This document shows, piece after piece, positions 53,496 to 64,000 of a stretch of 64,000 nt of DNA. The stretch covers positions 416,001 through 480,000 of the forward strand of contig CAVSGP010000009.1 of NCBI GenBank assembly GCA_963727505.1. The letters run 5' to 3'. Each line of letters opens with the position of its first letter. The stretch's first letter is position 1. Position numbers and translations under genes: made by a program. Origin of the DNA: an uncultured Trueperaceae bacterium. GTDB lineage: Bacteria > Deinococcota > Deinococci > Deinococcales > Trueperaceae. The notes under the pieces are model-generated. The model was not told the origin of the DNA. It saw nothing but the letters and a program-made list of their open reading frames with translations, and made no database searches.

Positions 53496-54920
53496 ATGAG
53501 CAAGAACCTGTTGAAGAAGGAGTACACCGAGGTCAGCTACGTCTCCGGGCCGCTTCTGTACCTGCAGAACGCCCCGGACCTGAGCTACAACGCGATCGTC
53601 CGCATCAAGGACGGTAGCGGGCGGATCCGCGGCGGCCAGGTGATCGAGGTCTCCGACGCGTACACGGTATTGCAGGTGTTCGAGGAGACCTCGGGCATCG
53701 ACCTTTCCAGCACCACCGTCAGCCTGGTCGAGAACGTCGCCCGGCTGGGCGTGTCGCGCGAGATGATCGGGCGGCGTTTCAACGGTGCCGGCGAGCCCAT
53801 CGACGGCCTGCCGGATGTGGTTGCGGAGAAGCGGCTGCCGATCGGCGGAGCGCCCATCAACCCGGTGGCGCGACGCAAGCCCGAGGAGTTCATCCAGACC
53901 GGCATCTCCACCATCGACACGCTCATCAGCCTGGTCCGCGGGCAGAAGCTTCCCATCTTCTCCGGATCGGGTCTGCCCGCAAACCAGCTTGCAGCCCAGA
54001 TCGCGCGGCAGGCGACGGTGATCGGCGAGGAGAGCGAGTTCGCGGTGGTGTTCGCGGCCATGGGCGTGACGCAGCGCGAGCTGACGTACTTCACGCAGGA
54101 GTTCGAGCGCACGGGCGCGCTGGCGCGCAGCGTGCTGTTCCTGAACAAGGCCGACGATCCCGCCGTCGAGCGCTTGCTGACGCCCAAGATGGCGCTCACC
54201 GCCGCCGAGTACCTCGCATTCGAGCACGACTACCACGTGCTGGTCATCCTCACGGACATGACCAACTACTGCGAGGCGCTGCGCGAGATCGGCGGGGCCC
54301 GCGAGGAGATCCCGGGCCGCCGCGGCTACCCCGGTTACATGTACACCGACCTGGCATCGATCTACGAGCGCGCCGGCGTGGTGGAGGGTCGAGCGGGATC
54401 GGTCACCCAGCTGCCGATTTTGAGCATGCCCGACGACGACGTCACCCACCCGATCCCCGATCTCACCGGCTACATCACCGAGGGCCAGATCTACCTGGCG
54501 CGCGACCTGCACAACAAGGGCGTGTATCCGCCGATCAATCCCGGCCCCAGCCTCAGCCGGCTCATGAACAACGGCATCGGCGAAGGGAAGACGCGCAAGG
54601 ACCACAAGAACGTCTCCGACCAGCTCCAGGCCGCCTACGCGAACGGCCTCGACCTGCGCCGGCTGGTGGCCATCACGGGCGAGGACGCCCTGTCGGACAA
54701 CGACAAGCTCTACCTTGCCTTCGCCGACGATTTCGAGAAGCACTTCATCCATCAGGGGCAGGCCGAGCGCACCATCGAGGAGTCGTTGAACATCGCCTGG
54801 GCGACGCTCTCCAAGCTTCCCAAGAGCGAGCTCACACGGCTCGCGACCGACCAGATCGACAAGTACTACGGCGCCAAGATGGAGGAGCTCTGGGGAGCGG
54901 CCACCAAGGACCGGATCTAG
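53496..54920 (+). CDS. atpB: V/A-type ATP synthase subunit B
   Basis: [39 protein letters not shown]. Confidence 0.99.
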   Translation: MSKNLLKKEYTEVSYVSGPLLYLQNAPDLSYNAIVRIKDGSGRIRGGQVIEVSDAYTVLQVFEETSGIDLSSTTVSLVENVARLGVSREMIGRRFNGAGEPIDGLPDVVAEKRLPIGGAPINPVARRKPEEFIQTGISTIDTLISLVRGQKLPIFSGSGLPANQLAAQIARQATVIGEESEFAVVFAAMGVTQRELTYFTQEFERTGALARSVLFLNKADDPAVERLLTPKMALTAAEYLAFEHDYHVLVILTDMTNYCEALREIGGAREEIPGRRGYPGYMYTDLASIYERAGVVEGRAGSVTQLPILSMPDDDVTHPIPDLTGYITEGQIYLARDLHNKGVYPPINPGPSLSRLMNNGIGEGKTRKDHKNVSDQLQAAYANGLDLRRLVAITGEDALSDNDKLYLAFADDFEKHFIHQGQAERTIEESLNIAWATLSKLPKSELTRLATDQIDKYYGAKMEELWGAATKDRI

Positions 54921-54935
54921 GGAGGGGATGAGCGC

Positions 54936-55574
54936 GTGGCTGAGCAGATCGCCCCAACCCGTTCGAATCTGCTGCAGCGGCGGGATCAGCGCAAGCTCGC
55001 CGTCCGCGGTGCCGACCTCCTGAAGCGCAAGCGTGATGCGCTGGTGGCCGAGTTCTTCGACCTCGTCAAGACCTCTCTCGAGGCGCGTCGGCGGCTCGCC
55101 GAGGCGAGCCGCGAGGCGTACTTCGCGCTGTTCCTCGCCAATGCCTGGGATGGGCCCGAAGCGGTGTCCAGCCTGGGCCTGGCGGAGAGCCGTTCGCTCG
55201 AGGTGCCGGTGACGGTCGAGAACATCTTCGGCGTCAAGGTCCCACAGGTGCAGCCGCCCTCGTTCGGTGGGCAGCTCCCGTTCTCACCGATCGGCGCAGG
55301 CTCGCAGACGCTGGCCGCGGCGCGAGAGTTCCGCAAGCTCACCGAGGCGATCGTCAACGTGGCCGCCACGGAGACTCGCCTCCGGCGCATCGGCGAGGAG
55401 ATCAAGAAGACCAACCGCCGCGTGAACGCCCTGGAGCAGCTCGTCATCCCCAACATCAACGGCGAGATCCGGCAGATCCGCAGCGTGCTCGATCAGCGTG
55501 CGCTCGAGGAGGTCACGGTGCTCAAGCGCATCAAGGCCAAGCTCGAGGCGCGGGAGCAGGCCCGGGAAGCCTAG
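54936..55574 (+). CDS. atpD: V/A-type ATP synthase subunit D
   Basis: PTRSNL, GADLLKRKRDAL, KTNRRVNALE. Confidence 0.97.
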   Translation: MAEQIAPTRSNLLQRRDQRKLAVRGADLLKRKRDALVAEFFDLVKTSLEARRRLAEASREAYFALFLANAWDGPEAVSSLGLAESRSLEVPVTVENIFGVKVPQVQPPSFGGQLPFSPIGAGSQTLAAAREFRKLTEAIVNVAATETRLRRIGEEIKKTNRRVNALEQLVIPNINGEIRQIRSVLDQRALEEVTVLKRIKAKLEAREQAREA

Positions 55575-55625
55575 CCCGGCGGGAGGCCGTGTGCCGCCCG
55601 CCTTACCGACACAAGACGAAGCGCT

Positions 55626-55655
55626 CGATGGGCCGGCCTCCGTGCCGGCCCATCG
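55626..55655 (+). terminator. Hairpin after the V-ATPase operon
   Basis: CGATGGGCCGGC-N6-GCCGGCCCATCG 12-bp stem. Confidence 0.65.
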
Positions 55656-55698
55656 CCGTTGGGGCGGCGCGCGGTGGCGCGCCGTTGTACTCCGCCGC

Positions 55699-55727
55699 TT
55701 TACAGGGGTCGGCGGGGACGGTAGCAT
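55699..55727 (+). promoter_or_regulatory. Putative sigma70 promoter of the aap operon
   Basis: TTTACA-17 bp-TAGCAT. Confidence 0.55.
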
Positions 55728-55781
55728 GACGCACACCACACCGTGGTCACATCTTGGGATTCTAGGGGAAAGAGGTTCCGT

Positions 55782-56801
55782 ATGCGCAAGTTGGCATTCC
55801 TCGCTACGCTCGTGGCGCTGGTGCTCGGCAGCACTGCACTGGCCCAGCAGAGCCTGCTGGACAAGGTACAGGCACGCGGCACGCTGGTGTGCGGCGTCAA
55901 CAACCAGCTTCCGGGCTTCGGCAGCGTCGACGCCAGCGGCAAGTTCGTCGGCTTCGACGTCGACTTCTGCCGTGCCATCGCCGCCGCCGTCCTGGGCGAC
56001 GCAACGAAGGTCCAGTTCCGACCGCTCTCGGCCCAGGAGCGCTTCACCGCCGTACAGACCGGCGAGGTCGACGTGCTCATCCGTAACACGACCTGGACCA
56101 GCAGCCGCGACACCACCGTGGGCATGGAGTTCGCGCCGACCACCTTCTACGACGGTCAGGGCTTCCTGGTGCGCGCCGACTCCGGCATCAACACCTTGCA
56201 GGACCTGGAGGGTCGCAAGATCTGCGTGCAGTCCGGTACGACCACCGAGAAGAACCTGGCGGACGTGCTCGGCGCGCTCAACGTGAGCTTCACGCCGGTC
56301 ATCTACGAGAACCCCGACCAGGCCTCCTCGGCCTACGACAACGGTGCGTGCGACGCCTTCACGTCGGACAAGTCGCAGCTCGCCAGCCGCAAGACCACGC
56401 TGCGCGATCCGAGCGCGCACAAGATCCTTGATGCGACGATCTCCAAGGAGCCGCTGGGGCCGGCCGTGCTCGACGGCGACTCGACCTGGTTCGACGCCGT
56501 CAAGTGGATCGTCTTCGGCGTGATCACGGCCGAGGAGTACGGCATCACCTCGCAGAACGTGGAGAACGTCGCGCAGACCTCGCAGAACCCCACCGTGCGG
56601 CGCATGCTGGGCGTCGAAGGCGACAACATCACGGGCCTCGGCCTGCCCGCCGACGGCATCCTGCAGGCGATCAAGCAGGTGGGCAACTACGCCGAGATCT
56701 ACAACCGCAATCTCGGGCCGGACACGCAGTTCAACATCCCGCGAGGGCTGAACAAGCTCTACACCAACGGCGGCATCCTGTACGCCCCGCCTTTCCGTTG
56801 A
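55782..56801 (+). CDS. aapJ: General L-amino acid ABC substrate-binding protein
   Basis: GFDVDFCRAIAAA, RNTTWT.SRD, FYDGQGF, ISKEPLGP, VGNYAEIYNRN, YAPPFR. Confidence 0.92.
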   Translation: MRKLAFLATLVALVLGSTALAQQSLLDKVQARGTLVCGVNNQLPGFGSVDASGKFVGFDVDFCRAIAAAVLGDATKVQFRPLSAQERFTAVQTGEVDVLIRNTTWTSSRDTTVGMEFAPTTFYDGQGFLVRADSGINTLQDLEGRKICVQSGTTTEKNLADVLGALNVSFTPVIYENPDQASSAYDNGACDAFTSDKSQLASRKTTLRDPSAHKILDATISKEPLGPAVLDGDSTWFDAVKWIVFGVITAEEYGITSQNVENVAQTSQNPTVRRMLGVEGDNITGLGLPADGILQAIKQVGNYAEIYNRNLGPDTQFNIPRGLNKLYTNGGILYAPPFR

Positions 56802-56836
56802 GCACGCCTGCCTGACATGTCGATGCCCATGATGGC

Positions 56837-56872
56837 ACCACGGGGGACGCGCCCGAGCGCGTCCCCCGTGGT
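56837..56872 (+). terminator. Intercistronic hairpin after aapJ
   Basis: ACCACGGGGGACGCGC-CCGA-GCGCGTCCCCCGTGGT perfect 16-bp stem. Confidence 0.7.
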
Positions 56873-56911
56873 TGCGGGACGGAGCGCTCGCATGCGGCCG
56901 CGGCACGGTCC

Positions 56912-58726
56912 ATGAGGGTCCGTTCGGGATCGCGCGTTCCCTTCTACCGGAACGTCAAGACCCTCGGGGTCCTCGCCCAGGTGGTCTTCGCTGTGGTCGT
57001 GGTGCTGGCTGCAGCCCTCATCTATCACAACGTGAGCTCGGCACTGAGCCGTTCCCACGTCCCCGCGACCTTCTCGTTCCTCGGGGTGCGAGCCGGCATC
57101 CCGATCGCCGAGACGCCGATCCCCTATACGCCCAGCGACAGCTATGCCCGGGCGTTCCTGATCGGGGTGCTCAACACCCTCAAGGTGGCGTTGGTCGGCG
57201 TCGTGCTGGCCTCCGTGCTGGGCGTGGTCATCGGCGTCATGCGCCTGTCGGCGAACTGGCTGTTGCGACAGCTCGCCAACCTCTATGTAGAGACCATCCG
57301 CAACACGCCGCTGGCCGTGCAGATCGTCTTCTGGTACACCGCCATCCTCACGCCCCTGCCGCCCCGGATCCTGAGCGCGGTGCGCTGGCCGGGTGGTGTG
57401 CTGGTGAGCAACCAGGGCGTGGCGTTGCCCTGGCCCTATCCCACGCCCGCGTTCACGGGCTGGCTTCCCTACCTGGGTGCGGCCGTGGTGCTCGGCGCGG
57501 TCGCCTTCGTCGTGCGCCGCGGTCAGCTCAGGCGGGCGGATCGGCCGGGCAGTCCGCTGGTACCCGCCCTTCTCGTGGCGCTGGCCGTGACTGTGGCCGG
57601 CTATCTTTTCGTCGGAACCACATCGCTCCCGCGCGGCACAGCCATCAGCTTCCGCCAGGAAAGCGGTATCGCCACGGCCTTCGTGGATGCCAACGGCGAC
57701 GGCAAGGTCGATGAGGGGGAGCGCAGGCTCGCCTTCATCCCGGTCGTCACGCACGTTGCCAAGGGCGTTCTCACGACCCAGACGCAGGACCTGTCGGAGT
57801 CGCGACGTATCGACTACGGGCGGTTCCGCTTTCCTCCCCTCCATCAGGGGGAGTACGACAGCGCCACGGTGGCCTTCGCGGATCCGTCCAAGGCCGAGGG
57901 GCTCGCGATCGCCTACGTGCACGAGCCATACCAGGGGATCGTCTACCGGGACGCGAACGGCAACGGACGCTTCGACGCCGGCGAGGAGCTGTCGTCGGGC
58001 GGTGGCGCGAGCGGGACTGCGAAGCGTGGCTATGCCGCGGCGCTGCGCCTGACGGTCGAGGGCTTCCGCCGCCGGTTGGTGACCGATCGGGACGGCCAGG
58101 TACGCATCCCGCGCTTCACCACCGGCGCCGCGCAGGCCGCGTCAACCGGCGGTGGCGCCAACATGAGCCCCGCCCAGCTCTTCGCTGCGCCCTCGCAGGC
58201 GCCGGCTCCGAACGACCAACCCACCCTTGAGGCCCACTTCGACGCCCAGGCGCCGCGGCCGATCATCGTCAGCCATCCGACCATCCCGATCAGCACCTAC
58301 TTCGGTGGGCTCACGCTGTCGAGCAACTACCTGGCGTTGCTGCTGGGACTGGTCATCTACACCGCCAGCTTCATCGCCGAGATCGTGCGCGGCGGCATCC
58401 AGGCGGTGCCGGGCGGTCAGCGCGAGGCGGCGAAGGCCCTGGGTCTCAGCGATATGCAGACGTTCCGTCTGGTCGTCTTCCCGCAGGCGTTGCGGATCAT
58501 CCTTCCACCGATGATCAGCCAGTATCTCAACCTCACGAAGAACTCCTCTCTGGCGCCGCTTGCGGCCTACGTGGAGCTGTTCGCGATCACCACCATCATC
58601 GCGTCGCAGACCGGCGCGAGCGTCCCCGTGACGATCATGCTGATCGCGTCGTACATCATCATCAGTCTGGTCTTCGCCTTCATCCTCAACTTGGTCAACG
58701 CCCGCATGGCGTTGGTGGAGCGCTGA
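56912..58726 (+). CDS. aapQ: Amino acid ABC permease AapQ/BztB-type with a large soluble insertion
   Basis: YVETIRNTPL, FIAEIVRGGIQAV..GQREAA, YLNLTKNSSL; 604 aa. Confidence 0.88.
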   Translation: MRVRSGSRVPFYRNVKTLGVLAQVVFAVVVVLAAALIYHNVSSALSRSHVPATFSFLGVRAGIPIAETPIPYTPSDSYARAFLIGVLNTLKVALVGVVLASVLGVVIGVMRLSANWLLRQLANLYVETIRNTPLAVQIVFWYTAILTPLPPRILSAVRWPGGVLVSNQGVALPWPYPTPAFTGWLPYLGAAVVLGAVAFVVRRGQLRRADRPGSPLVPALLVALAVTVAGYLFVGTTSLPRGTAISFRQESGIATAFVDANGDGKVDEGERRLAFIPVVTHVAKGVLTTQTQDLSESRRIDYGRFRFPPLHQGEYDSATVAFADPSKAEGLAIAYVHEPYQGIVYRDANGNGRFDAGEELSSGGGASGTAKRGYAAALRLTVEGFRRRLVTDRDGQVRIPRFTTGAAQAASTGGGANMSPAQLFAAPSQAPAPNDQPTLEAHFDAQAPRPIIVSHPTIPISTYFGGLTLSSNYLALLLGLVIYTASFIAEIVRGGIQAVPGGQREAAKALGLSDMQTFRLVVFPQALRIILPPMISQYLNLTKNSSLAPLAAYVELFAITTIIASQTGASVPVTIMLIASYIIISLVFAFILNLVNARMALVER

Positions 58727-58727
58727 C

Positions 58728-59942
58728 ATGACCACCCTGCGAAAGCCGCCGGTCACGCGCCGCGGCCCCCTCGGCTGGCTGCGGGCCAACCTCTTCTCGA
58801 GCTGGGGCAACGCCATCGCCTCGGTGGCAGTGGTCGCCGTCCTCGTCTACCTGGTGGGCGAGCTGGCGTTGTGGATGGTCTCCGAGGCGCACTGGGGTCC
58901 GGTGTGGGCCAACCTGAAGCTGTTCGCCGTCTACCGCTACCCGCCGGAGCTGTTGTGGCGCCCCTTCGCGGCTTCCGCGTTGGTCCTGCTTCTGCTCGGC
59001 GCGACTGCCGGCGTCGGTCGGCGGAGCGGCGAGTCGATCGCCGGCGGGGTCTTCTGGTGGTTCTTCGGGCTGAGCGCGGGGCTGACGTTGGTGGGTCTGG
59101 TGGCGTGGCCGGTCGCTCGCTGGGGTTGGCTGGCCGTCTCGCTGGTCGGCCTGCTGGGGTACGTCGCGGGGCGCCTCGAGCCGCGCCTGGCGCGCGCCCT
59201 TCCGTGGTCGTGGGGTGCGTCGCTGGTGGTCGTGGTGGTGCTGCTCAACGGCTTCGGTTCCCACGGGATGTTGCGGTCGGTCAGCACCAAGGAGTGGGGC
59301 GGCTTCATGCTGACGCTGATCCTCTCCATCGTCGGCATCGCCATCAGCTTCCCGCTCGGCATCGCGCTGGCGCTGGGCCGACGCAGCAAGCTGCCGGTCA
59401 TCCGTGCGGTCTCCGTGGGGTTCATCGAGATCGTGCGCGGCGCGCCGCTCATCATGTGGCTGTTCATCGCCTCCCTGATGGTCCCGCTTGTGCTCAACGT
59501 GAGCCCGAGCGCCGTCGGGCCGCTGTCGAGGGCGATGGTCGCCGTCACGCTGTTCTCGGCGGCCTACATGGCCGAGAACGTGCGCGGAGGGCTTCAGGCC
59601 GTGCCCAAGGGGCAGTACGAGGCGGCGCAGGCGCTGGGCCTGTCCGGCTGGCAACGCACCCGCCTGATCATCCTGCCGCAGGCCCTCCGGGCCGTGATCC
59701 CGGCCATCGTGGGGCAGGCCATCGCGCTGTTCAAGGACACCTCGCTCGTGTTCATCGTCGGCCTGTTCGACTTCTTCAACGTCGGAAACATCGTGGCCAA
59801 CCAGAATGCGTCGCTGCTCGTCCCGGGCGGCGTACGGCTCGAACTGTCGCTGTTCCTGGCGGTGGTGTACTGGTTCTTCGCCTATCGTATGAGCGTCGCG
59901 TCGCGGCAGCTCGAGCGCCAGCTGGGCGTCGGCGAGAGATAG
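58728..59942 (+). CDS. aapM: Amino acid ABC permease AapM/BztC-type
   Basis: [50 protein letters not shown]. Confidence 0.9.
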   Translation: MTTLRKPPVTRRGPLGWLRANLFSSWGNAIASVAVVAVLVYLVGELALWMVSEAHWGPVWANLKLFAVYRYPPELLWRPFAASALVLLLLGATAGVGRRSGESIAGGVFWWFFGLSAGLTLVGLVAWPVARWGWLAVSLVGLLGYVAGRLEPRLARALPWSWGASLVVVVVLLNGFGSHGMLRSVSTKEWGGFMLTLILSIVGIAISFPLGIALALGRRSKLPVIRAVSVGFIEIVRGAPLIMWLFIASLMVPLVLNVSPSAVGPLSRAMVAVTLFSAAYMAENVRGGLQAVPKGQYEAAQALGLSGWQRTRLIILPQALRAVIPAIVGQAIALFKDTSLVFIVGLFDFFNVGNIVANQNASLLVPGGVRLELSLFLAVVYWFFAYRMSVASRQLERQLGVGER

Positions 59943-59989
59943 GGTCGTCCAGTGAGGCGACCAGCGCCCGTCAGGGCGGAAGGAGAGAC

Positions 59990-60775
59990 ATGACGGACGA
60001 AGCCGTACTCCGAGGGCCGGTCCGGGCGGACGCCCCGGAAGGCGGGTCCCGGATCATCGAGGTGGAGGGGCTGAACAAGTGGTTCGGCGACTTCCATGTG
60101 CTCAAGGACATCCACCTTTCCATGAACCGTGGGGAGGTCGTCGTCGTCATCGGGCCGTCGGGCTCGGGGAAGTCGACGTTGATCCGCTGCATCAACCGGC
60201 TCGAGGAGCACCAGGAGGGGCGCATCGTGGTCGACGGCGTGGAGCTCACCGACGACGTGCGCCACATCGATCAGGTCCGGCGCGAGACCGGCATGGTCTT
60301 CCAGCAGTTCAATCTGTTCCCGCACCTCACCGTGCTGGAGAACGTCACGCTGGCGCCGGTGCGGGTGCGCAAGTGGCGGAAGTCGCGCGCCGACGAGCGG
60401 GCCATGTACTTCCTGGAGAAGGTGGGCATTCCCGAGCAGGCGCGCAAGTACCCGGGTCAGCTCTCCGGCGGGCAGCAGCAGCGCGTGGCGATCGCGCGGG
60501 CGTTGACCATGGAGCCGAAGGTGATGCTGTTCGATGAGCCCACCAGCGCCCTGGATCCCGAGGTGATCGGGGAGGTCCTGGAGGTGATGGTGACGCTGGC
60601 CAAGGAGGGCATGTCGATGGCCGTCGTTACGCACGAGATGGGGTTCGCGCGGGAGGTGGCCGACCGGGTCATCTTCATGGACGCCGGGCAGATCGTCGAG
60701 GTCGGCACGCCCGAGCACTTCTTCGAGAATCCACGTGAGGAACGTACGCGGGCCTTCCTCTCGAAGATCCTGTAG
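59990..60775 (+). CDS. aapP: Amino acid ABC ATP-binding protein
   Basis: [36 protein letters not shown]. Confidence 0.93.
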   Translation: MTDEAVLRGPVRADAPEGGSRIIEVEGLNKWFGDFHVLKDIHLSMNRGEVVVVIGPSGSGKSTLIRCINRLEEHQEGRIVVDGVELTDDVRHIDQVRRETGMVFQQFNLFPHLTVLENVTLAPVRVRKWRKSRADERAMYFLEKVGIPEQARKYPGQLSGGQQQRVAIARALTMEPKVMLFDEPTSALDPEVIGEVLEVMVTLAKEGMSMAVVTHEMGFAREVADRVIFMDAGQIVEVGTPEHFFENPREERTRAFLSKIL

Positions 60776-60856
60776 CGGGGGTATCTCACAGCCCCTCGTG
60801 GCGCGGCGCGCCTATGCTGGCGGCATGGCGAGCCCCCATGGACGCGAGGTCGCGGC

Positions 60857-62035
60857 ATGACCGATGCACCTCAGGAGACCGGCGCTGGACGCGGGATGCG
60901 CATCGCGGAGCTGCTCCGTACGATGGTCGCGAAGGGCGCGTCGGACGTGCACCTGCAGGCGGGAGCCCCGCCGCACATGCGCATCGACGGCGAGCTCATG
61001 CCCTTCGAAGGGGTGCCCGGTCTCACGCCCGAGCAGACCGAGCAGATCGCGCTCGCCATGATGAGCGAGAGCCAGCGGGACCTGTTCCGGCACCGCCACG
61101 AGGTCGACTTCGCCTTCACCATCCCCAACGTGGCGCGTTTCCGTTGCAACGTGCTCCGGCAGCGCGGTTCCATCGGCGTGGTGATGCGCGTCATCGGCGA
61201 TGCTATCCCGAGCTTCGAGTCGCTGGGTTTGCCGACGAGCGTGGTCACGGAGTTCGCCAGTCAGCCGCGCGGGATGGTGCTGGTCACGGGCCCCACCGGA
61301 TCCGGGAAGACCACCACCCTGGCGGCGATGGTCGACTACATCAACCGCCGCTTTCCACGCAACATCATCACCATCGAGGATCCGATCGAGATCCTCCACA
61401 AGAACCACAAGAGCCTGGTCATCCAGCGCGAGATCGGCCTCGACACGGCGGACTTCGTCGGCGCACTGAAGTACGCCATGCGCCAGGACCCCGACGTCAT
61501 CATGGTCGGCGAGATGCGTGACAAGGAGACGGTGGAGGCGGCCATCACGGCTGCCCAGACCGGTCACCTGGTGCTCAGCACCTTGCACACGCTCGACGCC
61601 ATCCGCACCGTCAACCGCATCATCGACTTCTTCCCGCCACACGAGCGCGGCCAGATCCGCATCATGCTGGCAGAGTCACTGCTCGGGATCCTCAGCCAGC
61701 GGCTGTTGCCGCGCGCCGACGGCCCGGGCCGCGCGCTGACCGTCGAGGTGCTGGTCAACACCCCGCTCATCCGCGACTACATCAAGGACGAGGAGAAGAC
61801 CCCGCTGATCAAGGAGGCGCTCATGCAGGACAACCTGCGCGGCATGCAGACCTTCGATCAGCATCTCGTCGAGCTCTATCTCGACGGCAAGGTCACCCTC
61901 GAGGACGCCACGTTCATGGCGACCAGCCCTCACGAGCTGCGGCTGATGATCACGCAACGGCAGGGTGGCATGGACGACCGCCAGGAGAAGGAGTTCGACC
62001 GGCTCATCCAGAGCCAGCGCGGTCCGCTGGGCTGA
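60857..62035 (+). CDS. pilT: Type IV pilus retraction ATPase PilT/PilU family
   Basis: ASDVHL, GPTGSGKTT, TIEDPIE, RQDPDVIMVGEMRD, TGHLVLSTLHT; the AIRNLIRE position reads LIRDYIKD (PilT2/PilU-like). Confidence 0.88.
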   Translation: MTDAPQETGAGRGMRIAELLRTMVAKGASDVHLQAGAPPHMRIDGELMPFEGVPGLTPEQTEQIALAMMSESQRDLFRHRHEVDFAFTIPNVARFRCNVLRQRGSIGVVMRVIGDAIPSFESLGLPTSVVTEFASQPRGMVLVTGPTGSGKTTTLAAMVDYINRRFPRNIITIEDPIEILHKNHKSLVIQREIGLDTADFVGALKYAMRQDPDVIMVGEMRDKETVEAAITAAQTGHLVLSTLHTLDAIRTVNRIIDFFPPHERGQIRIMLAESLLGILSQRLLPRADGPGRALTVEVLVNTPLIRDYIKDEEKTPLIKEALMQDNLRGMQTFDQHLVELYLDGKVTLEDATFMATSPHELRLMITQRQGGMDDRQEKEFDRLIQSQRGPLG

Positions 62036-62050
62036 GCGTCCCGTCGGAGC

Positions 62051-63445
62051 TCAGGCGCGCCCGCGACCGATCTGGGGCACGTTCGGTTCGAACGGCAGCA
62101 TGCGTGTCGCGCGCCCCCACAGATCGTAGGCATCCGCTGCGGTGATCTCGGTCTCCACGAGATCGCCGATCTTGACCGTGCCGTCCGTCTCCACGATCAC
62201 CGTTCCGTCGACGCCGGGGGCGTCGCCAGGGCTCCGACCGACGACGGTCCCGGGCTCGTCACCGTACCCGTCCACCAGGACCGGGAGCACGCGTCCCACC
62301 TTGGCGCCCTGGCGCGCCACGCTCACGTCGTGCTGCACCTCCATCAGTCGCTCGAAGCGCGCGGCCTTGACCTCTTCGGGCACGGCACCGGGCAGATCGT
62401 TGGCCGGTGCGCCCTCGACGGTGCTGTAGCGGAAGGCGCCGACCCGGTCGATCTGCGCGGCTGCCAGGAAGTCGAGCAGGAGCTCGAAGTCCTCGTCCGT
62501 TTCGCCAGGGAAGCCCACGATGAAGGTCGAACGCACGGTCAGCTCGGGACAGGCCGCACGCCATGCCTGCAGCGTGGCCAGGTGACTCTCCGGCCCACCC
62601 GGCCGGCGCATGGCGCGCAGCACTCTGGGGCTGGCGTGCTGCAGGGGGACATCGAGGTAGGGAAGGAGAAGCCCCTCGGCCATCAGCGGCAGAAGCTCGT
62701 GCACGTGCGGGTGAGGGTAGACGTAGTGCAGCCGGACCCACGCCCCGAGGCGGCCCAGCTCGCGCGCCAGATCGGGAAGGCGGGCGGCCACGGAGCGGCC
62801 GTCGTAGTCGGTGGCGCGGTTCCGAAGGTCGGTCCCGTAGGCCGCGCTGTCCTGGGCGATGACCAGCAGCTCGCGGGTCCCGCTGGCCACGAGGCGGGTG
62901 GCCTCGGACAGCACATCGGCGGCGTCCCGCGAGCGCTGCTGGCCACGGAGCTGCGGGATGATGCAGAAGCTGCAGCGGTGATCGCAACCCTCGGCGATCT
63001 TGAGATAGGCGTAGTGCCGCGGGGTCAGCTTGACCTGCGGGCCGAGCGCCGAGCGCGGGCGCGAGGCCGCGGTGGGGAGCAGGCGCGTGAAGGGGTCGGT
63101 GTCGGGTGGGAGCACCTCGCGTACGGCGTTCATCACGCCGTCGACGTCGGCCTGGCCGGTCACCGCCAGGACCTCGGGGTGACGCTCCAGGATGGTCCGG
63201 GGCCGTTCCCCCAGGCAGCCGGTGACGATGACCCTGCCGTTGGCTTCGAGCGCTTCACCGATCGCCTGCAGCGACTCCTCCACCGCCGGGGTGATGAAGC
63301 CGCAAGTGTTCACCACGACGAGGTCCGCCTCCTCGTAGCCGCCGACGAGCTCGTATCCCTCGGCGCGGAGCTGGGTGACGATACGCTCGCTGTCGACCAG
63401 CGCCTTGGCGCAACCCAGGCTCACGAACCCGACGCGCCCGCTCAC
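62051..63445 (-). CDS. rimO: Ribosomal protein S12 methylthiotransferase RimO
   Basis: [26 protein letters not shown] radical SAM motif, [12 protein letters not shown] domain. Confidence 0.97.
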   Translation of the reverse strand: MSGRVGFVSLGCAKALVDSERIVTQLRAEGYELVGGYEEADLVVVNTCGFITPAVEESLQAIGEALEANGRVIVTGCLGERPRTILERHPEVLAVTGQADVDGVMNAVREVLPPDTDPFTRLLPTAASRPRSALGPQVKLTPRHYAYLKIAEGCDHRCSFCIIPQLRGQQRSRDAADVLSEATRLVASGTRELLVIAQDSAAYGTDLRNRATDYDGRSVAARLPDLARELGRLGAWVRLHYVYPHPHVHELLPLMAEGLLLPYLDVPLQHASPRVLRAMRRPGGPESHLATLQAWRAACPELTVRSTFIVGFPGETDEDFELLLDFLAAAQIDRVGAFRYSTVEGAPANDLPGAVPEEVKAARFERLMEVQHDVSVARQGAKVGRVLPVLVDGYGDEPGTVVGRSPGDAPGVDGTVIVETDGTVKIGDLVETEITAADAYDLWGRATRMLPFEPNVPQIGRGRA

Positions 63446-64000
63446 GCACGCGCTCCCGCGTTCGAGCCCGGCGTCGAGCCCGGCGCCGCGGATGCCGCCT
63501 GCGCCGCCTGGCGCGCGCGGCGCCGCAGGAGCGGCCGCAACCTCCCCGCCAGGTAGAGCGAGCCCGCAACGACCACGCGGGCGGCAGGGCCGCCGGCACC
63601 ACTCGCGGCACGTGCCGTGGCCAGCGCCAGCGCCCGGTCCAGAGCGGAACCAGGGTCGGCGAGGAAGATGCAGCCGGAGCGCACGGGCAGCGGCCGTTCG
63701 CCCGTCCCGGCCTCGGTGAGCACGACCGCGGCCGCGGCGGCCTCCAGAGGCGCCAACGTTGCGGCCGCCTGCTTGCGTTCCAGGGCACCGAAGACCAGTA
63801 CGTAACCGGGCTCGAGCTCCGCGGCCAGCGCCGCGGCGGCGGCCGGATCGTGGGCTCCGTCCAGGACCACCTCGCAGCCACGGAGCCGGAAGCGCTCGCC
63901 GCGGCCCGGCAGGGACGGAGCGCAGACGCCCTCGGCGACGGCCTCCTCGGGCGCCCCCAGGAGTCGAAGCGCGGCCGCGGCCAGGCGCGCGTTGCCCGCG
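63442..64000 (-). CDS. folC: C-terminal part of folylpolyglutamate synthase/dihydrofolate synthase (partial)
   Basis: Frame open to the window edge: NARLA...LPGRGE...VVLDGAHD...VAGSLYLAG. Confidence 0.85.
   Translation of the reverse strand, partial: AGNARLAAAALRLLGAPEEAVAEGVCAPSLPGRGERFRLRGCEVVLDGAHDPAAAAALAAELEPGYVLVFGALERKQAAATLAPLEAAAAAVVLTEAGTGERPLPVRSGCIFLADPGSALDRALALATARAASGAGGPAARVVVAGSLYLAGRLRPLLRRRARQAAQAASAAPGSTPGSNAGARA

Overview
A very GC-rich bacterial chromosomal window that is almost entirely coding. It most likely comes from Deinococcota, possibly Trueperaceae-like. The evidence is a Thermus-type V/A-ATPase operon (G-I-K-E-C-F-A-B-D), a DdrI-like Crp regulator, BamA together with DivIVA and CarD, and pervasive leaderless promoters. 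Most genes are housekeeping: groESL, gpmI, recF-dciA, sufSU, punA-yggS-divIVA, bamA, ychF, thrC, carD-rsmA, uvrB, ruvB, purU, dnaG, the V-ATPase, pilT, rimO and folC. The window also carries a sugar ABC importer, an Aap-type amino-acid ABC importer and an orphan N6-adenine methyltransferase. I saw no rRNA, tRNA, CRISPR array, prophage or IS element, and no clear multi-gene novel system. The most unusual signals are: (1) an AapQ permease with an insert of roughly 200 aa containing two SdrD-B-like Ca-binding repeats; (2) three short leaderless uORFs whose stop codons overlap (ATGA) the starts of thrC, pilT and ddrI; (3) a U-tailed hairpin inside the V-ATPase leader; (4) a host-like orphan MTase; (5) a DUF4388-MshEN-like-receiver protein after ruvB; (6) CIRCE plus a HAIR-like site at groESL. 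All calls are by-eye motif recognition; no database searches were run.
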